Shown: piece by piece, positions 12,557-24,464 of the stretch
How the letters are laid out: each line of letters opens with the position of its first letter
How positions within the stretch are numbered: the stretch's first letter is position 1
Source of the DNA: Octopus sinensis
Taxonomy: Eukaryota
DNA length: 64,000 bases
Assembly (NCBI RefSeq): GCF_006345805.1
Contig: NC_043004.1
Coordinates: 73,284,001 to 73,348,000 of the forward strand
Direction: 5' to 3'
Position numbers and translations under genes: made by a program
The notes under the pieces: model-generated
What the model saw: only the letters and a program-made list of their open reading frames with translations
Told to the model about the DNA's origin: nothing
Databases searched by the model: none

Positions 12557-12746
12557 TTTCAAATTTTGGCACCAGGCCAGTAATATATCGACCCAAGAGT
12601 TCAACTGGTACTTATTTTATCGGCCTGAAAATGATGAAAAACAAAGTCGACCTCGGCGGAATTCGAACCCAAAATGTAATGACAGACAGACGAAATGCCG
12701 CTAAACGTTTCGGCCGGTATGTTTACAATTCTGCCAGCTCGTCGCC
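12557..12746 (-). mobile_element. SINE family B
   Basis: Body plus head ending ...ttctgccagctcgtcgcc. Confidence 0.85.
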
Positions 12747-12761
12747 GTAATATATTCTTAT

Positions 12762-13104
12762 ATTAATACGAGCAAAATGCCCCCCGTCCAACGGACGGTG
12801 CTGAGTTGTCAAACATTTAAACCAAATTTTCTCAAAACAACAACGAGAAACACTGATTTAACCTAAATTTGAGACACCAGCAAAAGAAGAAATAAAGATA
12901 GACTTTTTTCTAGTCCAAAGAATGCTTTATCGATCGCATTCTCATCTGGAATCGATTTTTGAAATTTTTCAAGACTTATACTCGCCCTGATGCTGTCGGT
13001 ATCTACATATCAAATTTGAACGCAATCGGATGGAGGATGCCCGAGATCCTAGAAGACACGCACACACACAGACAGACAGACAGAACTGACTTTATATAAT
13101 AGAT
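12762..13104 (+). mobile_element. Non-autonomous Helitron/Helentron-like element
   Basis: 5' subterminal hairpin ccgtcc-aac-ggacgg (12784-12798); 3' region caaatttgaacgcaatcgg, then (CA)n(GACA)n and an ...tttatataatagat end. This architecture is typical of DINE/Lep1/HINE-type elements. Confidence 0.6.
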
Positions 13105-13485
13105 GTGATTTGAATGAGATCTGAGACGTTATTTCTGGAAATCGAAAAAAGGTGACTGAATGAGAAAGCCTCGTTTAGTCAACCGTTGCAGCGAATGGTG
13201 CAGAGATGCTTCGCTGTGCAACAATATTGTTTGTTATTGTCTCCATCAGCAGCAAGTGTTCTATAGATGTACAGTTGGTGTGCTGATGACTTCACATGGA
13301 TTAAGCAACAATTTCTTACGTACTAGACTTACGTTTATTGAATAATATTGATAGTGCATGGTTAAATCTAATGTAATATACTAATATATTCGCACATGCA
13401 TATGTCTAAATACATTACATATCTCTAATAGGAATTGGGTTACCATCAAGAAACAACTGACGACATCTTAATATAAACAGCGATT

Positions 13486-13720
13486 CTTTTACTCTTTTAT
13501 TCTTTTACTTGTTTCAGTCATGTGACTGTGGCCATGCTGGAACACCGACTTTAGTCGAGCAAATTGACTCCAGGACTTATTCTTTGTAATCCCAGTACTT
13601 ATTCTATCGGTCTCTATTGCCGAACCACTAAGTTACGGGGACGTAAACACACCAGCATTGGTTGTCAAGCGATGTTGGGGGGACAAACACAGACACACAA
13701 ACATATACACATGCATACAT
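13486..13720 (-). mobile_element. SINE family A, 3' half
   Basis: ttttacttgtttcagtcat...ggacaaacacagacacac. Confidence 0.88.
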
Positions 13721-13840
13721 ATGTATATGTCTATCGCGTGTGGTGGTTGGATCTTCAAGTTGCCTCACGCATTTTTAGTAGCTTAGAGTTGGCTCGAATT
13801 AGAGATTATTTTTTGTGGCTAATGGCGTGAGTCCTGATTG

Positions 13841-13846
13841 GAAGAA

Positions 13847-13881
<35 letters not shown>

Positions 13882-13882
13882 A

Positions 13883-13914
<32 letters not shown>

Positions 13915-14040
13915 AGAAGAGAAGAAGAAGAAGAAGAAGAAGAAGAAGAAGGAGGGAAGAAGAGAAGAAGAAGAAGAGAAGAAGAAGAAGAAGAAGAAGA
14001 AGAAGAAGAAGAAGAAGAAGAAGAAAAGAAGAAGAAGAAG
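13841..14040. repeat. Imperfect (AAG)n repeat
   Basis: Visible directly. Confidence 0.95.
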
Positions 14041-15189
14041 CAACTCTATGATAGATTATTTTGAGTCAATAGGAACTGTTGACAGACTTACCAACAGGTA
14101 AGTTAATTGTCCTTAAACACGAACAGCGAGCAGTTAGGGAAGTAGTTCACCATTCTGTTAACCCTTTTATTAAATTCGCCAGCAGTAGAGCGCGGTTTGA
14201 AAGGCTACACCATCAAGATCGTAAAATACCCGGCGGATGTAAATGTCTCGTAGAAATTTGGAGATTCGGAGAACATGTATAAATAACTAGTGGAAAGAAA
14301 TCTACTGTTCTTGTACTCAGGCTGTAGATTTTCATTTGCACTTATTATTACAAATGCAGTGGGCTACGTAACAATAGATGTGCATTAAAACCTAGAAAAA
14401 TGACACAAAATGAATTCATGCACATTCTCCGAATAAAATTGGTTAGAGGTAGAGTGGTTCTCTATTTGAGATTTCTAGGATGTACGCACACACACACATA
14501 CACGCACGTACATACACGCACACACACACACACACACAAAACTATACGACAAGCAATAAAAAAACTTGTATTCTACTATGACATGTACACCCACATACAC
14601 ATAAGCACACACATACACACCAGCCAATTCAGATAACCACAAACCTCAGGAGCTCTGTTGATTTAAACAAAAGAGCTTTTCCATTGTCTTAGTGGACCAG
14701 CTTGAATTCTGCCAAGGTAGAAACAAAATCCCAAAATAAAAAGAAAACCCTTAAATAAACCCCAAGCAAAAATATGTATATTTATGATCCTTTTTACCGA
14801 GATGTGATATTTTGATTTTCGCCCTAGTTAACCATTGAAACACGCCGACATCTTAAATATTGAAATTAGCAGTATCTATGTCACATTCATTTATTGACTT
14901 GTTTAAAATTCCAAATGTTTCGAATTCCATCCAGAACTCTAATGTTACCAAAGTAGTTTCAGTAGTGTTGTCACAAGGAACGTTTATGGGGCTATTAAAA
15001 TGTATAACTGCAAACATCCCTTTGCTTGATCTCAAGAGACCTTAAGTGGATCTCACTTCCTCCATAGAACAATGTATTTCGCAATGTAGGAACAGATAAA
15101 ACGTGACTACCATCTTGAATTTCAGCGTTGTTCAAATGACTGGAATTTCATAGGATATCTGTGTATATAATACGATATGCTCTGTATTA

Positions 15190-15320
15190 GGGGTGCAAGT
15201 CTAGCTATGTGGTTAAAACGTTTGCTTTGGTTTCTATGCTACATCACGGCAACTTGAGAAGTTGCTTTGGAAGTAGAAGTTTTTAAATGGAGGCTGTGCA
15301 GAAGTTCATCGTATGTTTAT
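15190..15320 (+). mobile_element. Old SINE family A-like fragment
   Basis: gctatgtggttaaaacgtttgc...aaatggaggctgtgcagaagttcatcgtat resembles the family A head and middle. Confidence 0.45.
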
Positions 15321-15331
15321 ATATATATATA

Positions 15332-16243
15332 TAGCGGTAAAATATGAAAAATCAACGAAAATGCATATTGCAGATAGAAAAAGGCTATTTATGACAAGTA
15401 GTGACAAATATATACATTTAGATTGACTGAGGTAGTAATACGAGTCATAAAGGTCATTATTATGAGATGATTATAAGATGATTATAATAATAAACGAACC
15501 AATTGGTTTACGCGTAGGCTATTCATCGTTTGAACAACACCGGTTAATATACGGTGTCAGGTCTAATAGTTCCTGAAAAAAAAGATTATTTGTAAGGGAG
15601 GTAAGTAGTTCTGGATTATTTGTAAGGGAGGTAATTGTTCTGGAATTAGAGATGTGAGTGATGTAGGTAGTGTATAGGGTTTAGTGGTTTAAATTGAAGT
15701 GTTAGTGGTGTTCTGTATTGAATTGTGTGTTCATATTTAGTTGGGGGAGAAATTTGTTGATGAAAAATGTCTCTTTATTCAACCTTTGTTGCATTGTGGT
15801 GTTCTGTGAGCATTGGTAAAAGGGAAATATTTGGAAATTGGGATTAAGATTCCTGGCACATCTTTCTAGGTGTTCACTCCCCTTTTCATCAACAAATTTC
15901 TCCCCCAACTAAATATGAACACACAACTCAATACAGAACACCACTAACTCTTCAATTTAAACCACTAAACCCTATACACTATCTACATCACTCACATCTC
16001 TAATTCCAGAACTACTTACCTCCCTTACAAATACTCTTTTTTCTCAGGAACTATTAGACCTGACACCGTATATTAACCGGTGTTGTTCAAACGATGAATA
16101 GCCTTCGCGTAAACCAATTGGTTCGTTTTGTTCTCTTACTTTATTATTATAATCATCTTATAATCATCTCATAATAATGACCTTTATGACTCGTATTACT
16201 ACCTCAGTCAATCTAAATGTATATATTTGTCACTACCTGTCAT
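15332..16243. mobile_element. Penelope-like element 3' end arranged as a divergent inverted repeat
   Basis: Minus-strand peptide SEHLERCARNLNPNFQIFPFYQ...QRLNKETFFINKFLPQLN resembles a PLE GIY-YIG C-terminus. Arms 15392-15766 and 15883-16243 are reverse complements around a 116-bp spacer. Confidence 0.8.
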
Positions 16244-16297
16244 TTGCACAACCTCCATTTAAAAACTTTAATTTTATATATATATATATATGTGTGT

Positions 16298-16329
<32 letters not shown>

Positions 16330-16330
<1 letters not shown>

Positions 16331-16630
16331 GAGGCGTAATGGCCCAGTGGTTACGGCCGCGGACTCGCGGTTGTAGGATCGCGGTTTCGATTCCCACACC
16401 GGGCGTTGTGAATGTTTATTGAGCGAAAACACCTAAAGCTCCACGATTTTCCGGCAAGGGGTGGTGGCGATCTTTCGCCGCAACTTTCCCTCACTCTTTC
16501 TTCTGTTGGCCTGCTCGCTTAGCCAGCGGAGTGGCGTCATTTGAAGGCTAAAACAATGCGAAGCGCATTGTGACCAGCAATGTGTAGCAACAGCTCTGAT
16601 AGCCTGGTCGGTCATGGTGATCACGGTGAT
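16330..16630 (+). mobile_element. SINE family C, tail type C1
   Basis: Head ggaggcgtaatggcccagtgg with B box ggtttcgattccc; tail gctaaaacaatgcgaagcgcattgtgaccagc...gtgatcacggtgat. Confidence 0.9.
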
Positions 16631-16673
16631 ATAAATATATATATATATATATTATATATATATATATATATTT

Positions 16674-16903
16674 TTTTTCTTTTACTTTTTTCTTTTCCTT
16701 TATTTGTTTTCAGTCATTAGACTGAGGCCATGCCGGGGCATCGCCTTTAGTCGAAGAAATCGATTCCAAGATTTATTCTTTGTAAGCCTAGTACTCTCTT
16801 TTGCTAAACTGCTAGGTTAGGAGGACGTAAACACACCAAACGATGGTGGGAGGACAAACACAGATACATAAACACAGACACACACACACTTACACACACA
16901 CAT

Positions 16904-16935
<32 letters not shown>

Positions 16936-17097
16936 ATACGACAAACTTCTTTCAGTTTCCGTCTACTAGATCCACTCACAAGGTTTTGGTCGGCCCTAGG
17001 CCATAGTAGAAGACACTTGCCCAAGGTGCTATGCAGTGGACTAAACCCGGAACCATGTCGCTGGTAAGCAAGCTACTTTTACCACACAGCCACTCCT

Positions 17098-17101
<4 letters not shown>
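16674..17101 (-). mobile_element. SINE family A, near full length
   Basis: Tail through to head (...ccacacagccactcctgcgc). Confidence 0.92.
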
Positions 17102-17134
<33 letters not shown>

Positions 17135-17781
17135 CGTTTTCTATCTGTCTCTCTCTGTCTCTCTCACCCTCTTTCTCTTTTTCTCTTCCACCCTCGTTGC
17201 TCACAAGTGCTCATCTTCCATCTTTCTTTACCTCACGTGACCAACGTTCTTTTCCTGCATGGACGTTCAAAAGAACGGACATTTTTTCTCTCTCTTCTAT
17301 CTCTTCTTTTTAAAAAAAGAACGAAAATCTTTCTCCCAGCGTTCAATATTTTCCTCTCGTTCTCGTCTAACGACCCTCCATCTTTGTTTCCATTCGGTTT
17401 CCTTGTACGTCTCCACTGTCATATTTTTGTTCCTAACTTTGATCCTCCACAAATCCTAAATTTTGTTTTAGAATTTATGGGTGCAACTGTCTTTGAAAAC
17501 TCATATTGTCATTAAATGCTCGAAATGAGGAGTAGATAGACAGCCGACAACCGATAAAGGGTCCTTTCTCTGTGCTTACTCGTCCTGTTTTCCATTTTTT
17601 TCTCGTTGTTTACGTATTTCATGTAATTTGCACTATTGGTATGTCCTGTACCATATATGCATATATATGTATGTATGCATATATATGTATGTATATATAT
17701 ATATATATGTAATTTATTATACATATATATATACATATGATATATATAATTTATTATTTATTATATACATACATATATACA

Positions 17782-17817
<36 letters not shown>

Positions 17818-17849
17818 TATATAATATATATATATATATACATATATAT

Positions 17850-17887
<38 letters not shown>

Positions 17888-18446
17888 CATATAGCAGTGT
17901 CTTTCATTCAACAGCTTCGCCTTCTTCCCCTTTTACTTACGTATAATAATCTCTCCCCTTCCTTGCAATTAAATACTGATCAATTTTTATAGTTCCGAAA
18001 ACCATTTCTCGACATTATTCTACAGTTTTGAAATTTTCTGCAGAGTTGCAGTCTGTAAGCAGTCGGTTACACATATGTTTTAGTTATATACAATATTTAT
18101 TTTGGAAATATGTGTGCCTTTTTGTTTTTATTTATCTTGTTTATTAGTGTTCTGTCTAGAATAACGGAGTTCGTTCCTAAGAAAGAAAGCAAAGCGCCAT
18201 CAACACTCGATTTTGGATTACAGCAACAATCATCATTGAATATCGAACTTTAAAAAATGTCTTGTATATTTTTCTGTCCCACTTATCTCTAAAGTCTGTG
18301 TTAGGCTGTTTCCTTCTTTGTGTAAAAATTCTAACTTCTCCAGTTCATCGCTTAGATATATATAAACAAAACCAAGTGCACTAGGCATTCTTTCGATATA
18401 ACTCGACAAAATCAAAACATTTCACTTCGGGTGAAAGAAGCCAGTC

Positions 18447-18447
18447 G

Positions 18448-18511
<64 letters not shown>

Positions 18512-18546
18512 ATCTATCTATCTATCATCTATCTATCTATCCATCC

Positions 18547-18609
<63 letters not shown>

Positions 18610-18630
18610 ATCTATCTATCTATCTGTGTG

Positions 18631-18663
<33 letters not shown>

Positions 18664-18682
18664 TGTGTGTGTGTGTGTGTGT
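18447..18682. repeat. (TATC)n then (TA)n/(TG)n
   Basis: Visible directly. Confidence 0.95.
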
Positions 18683-18908
18683 GTTTGTTCCCACATCCCC
18701 GCTTGACAAACGTTGTTGGCGTCTTTACGTCCCCGTAATTTAGCGGTTAGACAAAAAAAAAACCAACAAAAAAAACAATAGAGCAAGTACTAGGCTTAAA
18801 AAATAAGTCCTGGTGTCGGTTTGCTCGACTAAAACCCTCCAAGGCGGCGGTGCTTCAGCATGGCCGCAGTCAACTGACTGAAACAAGCAAGGAATGAAAT
18901 AATAAAAT
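18683..18908 (+). mobile_element. SINE family A, 3' half
   Basis: ttacgtccccgtaatttagcgg...gcatggccgcagtcaactgactgaaacaag. Confidence 0.85.
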
Positions 18909-18917
18909 GATATATGC

Positions 18918-18973
<56 letters not shown>

Positions 18974-19310
18974 GCCTACATGAATGACAATCAGTCCTTT
19001 TTCTACGGAGTTAAAACTCTTATATTTCGTTTTTTTACAATATTCCCAGTTTCGCTCTTCAAAAGCTATAAAATATGTATTTTCTTTTAACATTTTTATT
19101 TTGTTTCTATTCATTATTGTTTTTTGTTTGCTTTCATTTCAAGCCTCTCTAAGTTTGAAGAGGTTGGCTTCAATTGGATATTGACACGTCTGTGGCAATA
19201 GACACACAAGTGGACCTGATCTACCCTCCTTGTCTGCCATCCTGCAGCTATGTACACGTTCAAGTTTTGTAATAAGCAGTCGCAGTTACCTTTGGCTATT
19301 AACAACGGTA

Positions 19311-19980
19311 ACTGAAGAGGTGGTGTTGATGGAGAATGGAGATCATGAGGTGGAGGTGTAATGATGGTTGTGAAAGCAGTGGTGGTGGCGGCGATAGCAG
19401 TAATGGTTGTGAAATGTTGGTAGTGGTGATGATGGCAATAATGGTTGTGGATGTTGGTATGGTAGTGGTGGCGCTCGGTGGTGGACGTCGTTATGATAGT
19501 GGAGAAGGCGATGATGATTGTGGTTAGTGATGGCGGTGGGTGGGGTAGTAGGGACTGGCGGTGTTGGACGTGTGGTGAAATTGGTGGAGGTGAGGGTTCA
19601 ATTGGTTAGTGGTGGCGGGGCTGCTGGGTGACGCGGGACATGGTGGTGTTAATGATAGTAGTGGTGGTAGTTGTGGTGGTGGTCGTAGTGGTTGGTGATG
19701 GTGATGATGGGAGATAGTCTGGATGGTGGCGGTGGTGGAAGTGGTGGGTTTTTTTTTTTATGATAGTGGTAGTTAGTCATGGTGATGCTCATGGTGGTGA
19801 CAATAATATTGATGACAATGATAATGGGGGTGGAGGTGGAGGGGAGGATAATAAACTGGTCGAGATGTAGTTGCCGTTAATAGAGATGGTGATTCCTATC
19901 ATCATCATCATCATCATCATCATCATTGCTGTTGTTATTATCCTCCTCCTCTTCTTGTCATTATTATTATTATTACTATT
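19311..19980. repeat. Degenerate (GGT)n/(GAT)n/(ATC)n low-complexity tract
   Basis: Visible directly. Confidence 0.85.
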
Positions 19981-19985
19981 ATGAA

Positions 19986-20968
19986 GGCGGCGACCTGGCA
20001 GAGTGGTTAGCACCCCGGGTGATATGCGTGGCCGTATTTCGTCTGCCGTTACGTTCTGAGTTCAAATTCCGCCGAAGTAACAGTTACACACTGGGATCAA
20101 TGTAATCGACTTAATCCGTTTGTTTGTCCTTGTTTGTCCTCCCTGTGTTTAGCCCCTTGTGGGTAGTAAAGAAATAGGTATTTTGTCAGCCGTTACGTTC
20201 TGAGTTCAAATTCCGCCGCGGTCGACTTTGCCTTTCATCCTTCCGGGGTCGATAAATTAAGTACCAGTTACGCACTGGTGTCGATGTAATCGACTTAATC
20301 CATTTCTCTGTCCTTGTTTGTCCCCTCTGTATTTAGCCCCTTGTGGGTAGTAACGAAATAAGAACCGTTAGCAAGCCGGGCGATATGCTCAATGGCATTT
20401 CGTTTCGGGTTCGATAAAATAAGTACCAGTCGAGTGCTGGGATCAATGCAACCGACTAGCCCCCCGTTCCCGTAAATTTCAGGTCTTTGCCTATAGTAGA
20501 AAGGATTATCATTATTATTGATAAGGTGGCGAGCTGGCAGAATCGTTAGAACGCTGGACGAAAAGCTTAGCGATATTTCGCCCGTCGCTACGTTCTGAGT
20601 TCAAATCCCGCCGATGTCAACTTTGCCTTTCATCCTTTCGGGGTCGATAAATCAAGTACTAGTGAAATACTGGGGTCGATGTAATCGACTAGCCTCCTCC
20701 CCCACAATTTCAGGCCTTATGCTTAAAGTAGAAATTATTATTATTATTGTTCAGGCGGCAAACTGGCAGAATCGTTACTGCGTCGGGCAAAATGCTTAGC
20801 GGAATTTGGTCCGTCTTTATGTTCTGAGTTCAAATTCTGCCGAGGTCAATTCTATCTTTCATCCTTTTGGGGTCAATAATAATAAGTACCAGTTGAACAC
20901 TTGGGTCGATGTAATCGATTTCACCCTTTCCTCCGAATTTCTGGCCTTGTGCCAAAAATTGAAACCAT
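19986..20968 (+). mobile_element. Cluster of five co-oriented SINE family B copies
   Basis: Units at ~19986-20183, 20184-20362 (headless), 20363-20505, 20525-20732 and 20754-20968. The last three end in (ATT)n tails. Confidence 0.9.
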
Positions 20969-21006
20969 TATTATTATCATTATTATTATCATTATTATTA
21001 TTATTA

Positions 21007-21049
<43 letters not shown>

Positions 21050-21593
21050 GAGTGAGAGAGCAGTGCATGCCATCAAAGTGACACTAGGGTAAAATATACG
21101 AAGCCCAGTATCCATATCATGACTACCTGTCCGATAAGGGTACACCAGGCACATGCATCACAACCAAATGTGCGCGACATGGTGATCTCATATCAAGATA
21201 AACAGCACATGACCTTGCAGGTGGGGCCCAGTTAGAATTTTCTTGAGCCCATCCCGCTCAAAAGGTCCCTGAATAAGGATTGTTTAAGGATGTTGAACGA
21301 ACCACCCGTTTCCAAAGGAGAATTATCCAAACCTCTAAGAATTCCTTTCAACACACGGCTATGAAGCTCCCCGACTGCTTCTGCTCGTGATCAGAGATGC
21401 ACATATCGTCAGCCACTAAGGGAAATGCTCAATTTGTTACGGTCAAACAACTGACAAGCAAATCTGTGGTATTGAGCAGAATATCTGCTGTAGCCCATCT
21501 TTTATACCAAGACAAAACAATGTACATTATAACACTTCCAATCAGTTAAGATCAGAAGCCACGAGAGCCACTGCCTGGTACTGCATCAGAGCA
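21050..21593 (-). mobile_element. ~545-bp non-coding interspersed element embedded in (TAA)n
   Basis: Homologous to 51378-51713 in the opposite orientation; ATT/TAA repeats on both sides. Strand is inferred from the truncation pattern. Confidence 0.8.
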
Positions 21594-21603
21594 ATTATTA
21601 TTA

Positions 21604-21656
<53 letters not shown>

Positions 21657-21959
21657 AACGCCATCTCATAAGAAGACGCATAATAACCGTTGCTGTATAC
21701 TCACTGGAACCCAGCCGTCCAACACCGCTCCTGATCACTTTATTACGCAGATATATTAATAAGTTTTTGCTATGTCCTTCTTCTCTTTTCATATTGATTG
21801 TTTCCTTCCGTTATGGCTATTTACACATTTCACACTAACAATTATTGACATGATCTCCAGCATATTTATCTAGACACCATTTTTTTTTATGAGCAACGTC
21901 TGGAGTACAACCTTTCCCCGGCGCCGTGCAGGTTTATGTTTGCTATCGATTTTGAAGAG

Positions 21960-21965
21960 CGAAAC

Positions 21966-22006
<41 letters not shown>

Positions 22007-22148
22007 GAGAGTGTGTGTGTGAGGGAGATGGGTGGAGAGGGGGTACTGAGGGAGAAAGGGAGCAGACTGACATATTTTATATATATATATATGTGTGTGT
22101 GTATGTGATTTCTTTGTCTGCCTCTCTCTCTCGCTCTCTCTCGTCTCA

Positions 22149-22204
<56 letters not shown>

Positions 22205-22330
22205 GTATGTATGTATGTATGTATGTATGTATTTACATACATATATATAATATAAAATATGTATAATGACATGTATATATATTTACGCGTGTGCGTAACA
22301 CATACATATTTATATACATATATGTTTATA
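21960..22330. repeat. (GA)n/(TA)n/(TATG)n field
   Basis: Visible directly. Confidence 0.92.
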
Positions 22331-22799
22331 CATGTATTGTGGGAGAGAGAAAGTGAGAGGGGAGAAGGTCAAGGGTCAGTACATGACTAGACAACGTAAT
22401 TATTAAGGATATTAAAGCGAGTCGACCAGCTGAATAAGCGAACACTGCTAACAGATACGTAAGCATATATTTACATAAACGTTCATCCCATGCATTCACA
22501 TATATGCACATGCGCAGACGGGCACACACTGCAAAGCACACGTCTAAATGTACAAGACCGTGTGAATATGTGCACGATATATCTGTGTGTATGTCTGTGT
22601 ATGTATGTGAGTGTTTGTGTATTGTATATCTAAGACATTTACGAGCATCATACAGTTGCATCATAGTGTAACTGACTCAATGAAACGGAGGTTGCCATAA
22701 ACACTCGCGTATATATATGCATACACACAATGCACACATACATCTTTATGCATGTATATATATATATATATATAATATATATGTGTGTGTGTGTGTGTA

Positions 22800-22985
22800 T
22801 AGGGAGAATTCACCCCCCCCCACCAAAAAATAAAAGACGAAGACAGGTGGTGTAGACAACAAACAGATGTATAAGTATAACGTTCAGGAAGTGAAAAAGT
22901 CTTTAACGTTTCGAGCCTACGCTCTTCCACAGAAAGGAACACAGAAAGAAACAAGGAGAGAAAATAAAGAATGTGTAGTGGTTAG
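22800..22985 (-). mobile_element. Penelope-like pLTR fragment with a minimal hammerhead-like fold (22901-22936)
   Basis: Homologous to 32373-32460 and 40630-40778. Minus strand reads CUUU CUGUGGA A GAGC-GUAG-GCUC GAAAC GUU AAAG. Confidence 0.65.
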
Positions 22986-23301
22986 CGATCTATCATGGCT
23001 ATATATGTATTTAAATATGTGTGTTACGCACACGCGTAAATATATATATATAAAAAATGTATAAATATATATATATATTATATATATATATATAGTAAAA
23101 GTATATATATATATATATATTATATATATAATAAATATTAGGGAATAAATCCAAACTTACAGGGAAAAATCAGATTTAGGATTGAATCCAATTTTATAGT
23201 AAAATATTATATTATATTAAATATTTTTTAATAATTATTACATATTTAAATAATATAAATTAATTTATGTATTGGCTTAAGTCTTTCATTGTTTGATTGT
23301 C

Positions 23302-23339
<38 letters not shown>

Positions 23340-23340
<1 letters not shown>

Positions 23341-23544
23341 TTTTACTTGTTTCAGTCATTTCATGGCTTTTAGTCGAATAAATCGACTCCATAAGTTATT
23401 CTTTGTAGTCCTGGTTCTTATTCTATCTATCTCTTTTGCCGAACTGCTAAGTTATGGGGACGTAAACATTCCAGGATCAGTTGTCAAGCGATGGTGGTGG
23501 ATACAAACACAAATACAAAGGCACACAGACACACACAACCATAT

Positions 23545-23576
<32 letters not shown>

Positions 23577-23739
23577 ATATATATATATATAACAGGCTTC
23601 TTTCAGTTTCCTTCTACCAAATCCACTCGCAAGCCTTTGGTCCGCCCGAGGATATAGTAGAAGACATTTGCCCAAGCTGCCACACATTGAGGCTGAAACC
23701 GGGACCATGTGGTTAGGCAGTAAGCTTCTTGCCACACAG
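23340..23739 (-). mobile_element. SINE family A
   Basis: Tail, internal (TA)n and head are all recognisable. Confidence 0.88.
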
Positions 23740-23741
23740 AT

Positions 23742-23742
23742 T

Positions 23743-23816
<74 letters not shown>

Positions 23817-23831
23817 ATCTATCTATCTATC

Positions 23832-23925
<94 letters not shown>
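23742..23925. repeat. (TATC)n(TA)n
   Basis: Visible directly. Confidence 0.95.
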
Positions 23926-23926
<1 letters not shown>

Positions 23927-24417
23927 TGTATTGCTGCCCTCATATGATAGAGGACCGAAGCACTTCAATTCAATGCAGCACTCAATCCGATCTCGTAGCT
24001 ATCTACACTCTTGAAATGGAGCTGCAAGGAAGATAGAAATTGAGCTACGATAGAAAATCCAGGCACCACACAGGTAAATCCAATGTGTAGGTCTAGCGAA
24101 GAGTAAAATATCCAAATAAGTGTTTAGCAGATCTTTTATCTCCAGCTGCAATTGTTTCCGTACCACTCTGTTTTTAAAACCATTGCAAGCAAAACTTCTC
24201 AGTGCAAAAGTTTCGTAATATTTGCAGTTTTATATATTTGAGTAGCACTTCATCTCACTTGCAACAACATTGTAATGTATGAAATAGTAAATATTACGTA
24301 ACTCTTTACATGGAACTTTTTGGTGAAATGACGTTAGAAGCAGAGTGGTAGCGAAACAGCTGTAACTGTCATTAAACATATCTTAAACACTTCGTTTTCG
24401 TATTAAGATTGCGCATG

Positions 24418-24462
<45 letters not shown>

Positions 24463-24464
<2 letters not shown>

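Noticed and set aside
12307-14102. Isolated plus-strand GTAAGT donors (12307, 14097; also 42197, 52790 and 61233)
   Set aside because: No consistent, recognisable coding exon chain could be assembled, and such hexamers are expected by chance.
18233-18415. 60-aa minus-strand ORF (DELEKLEFLHKEGNSLTQTLE...)
   Set aside because: Protein-like composition, but weak splice signals and no recognisable family.
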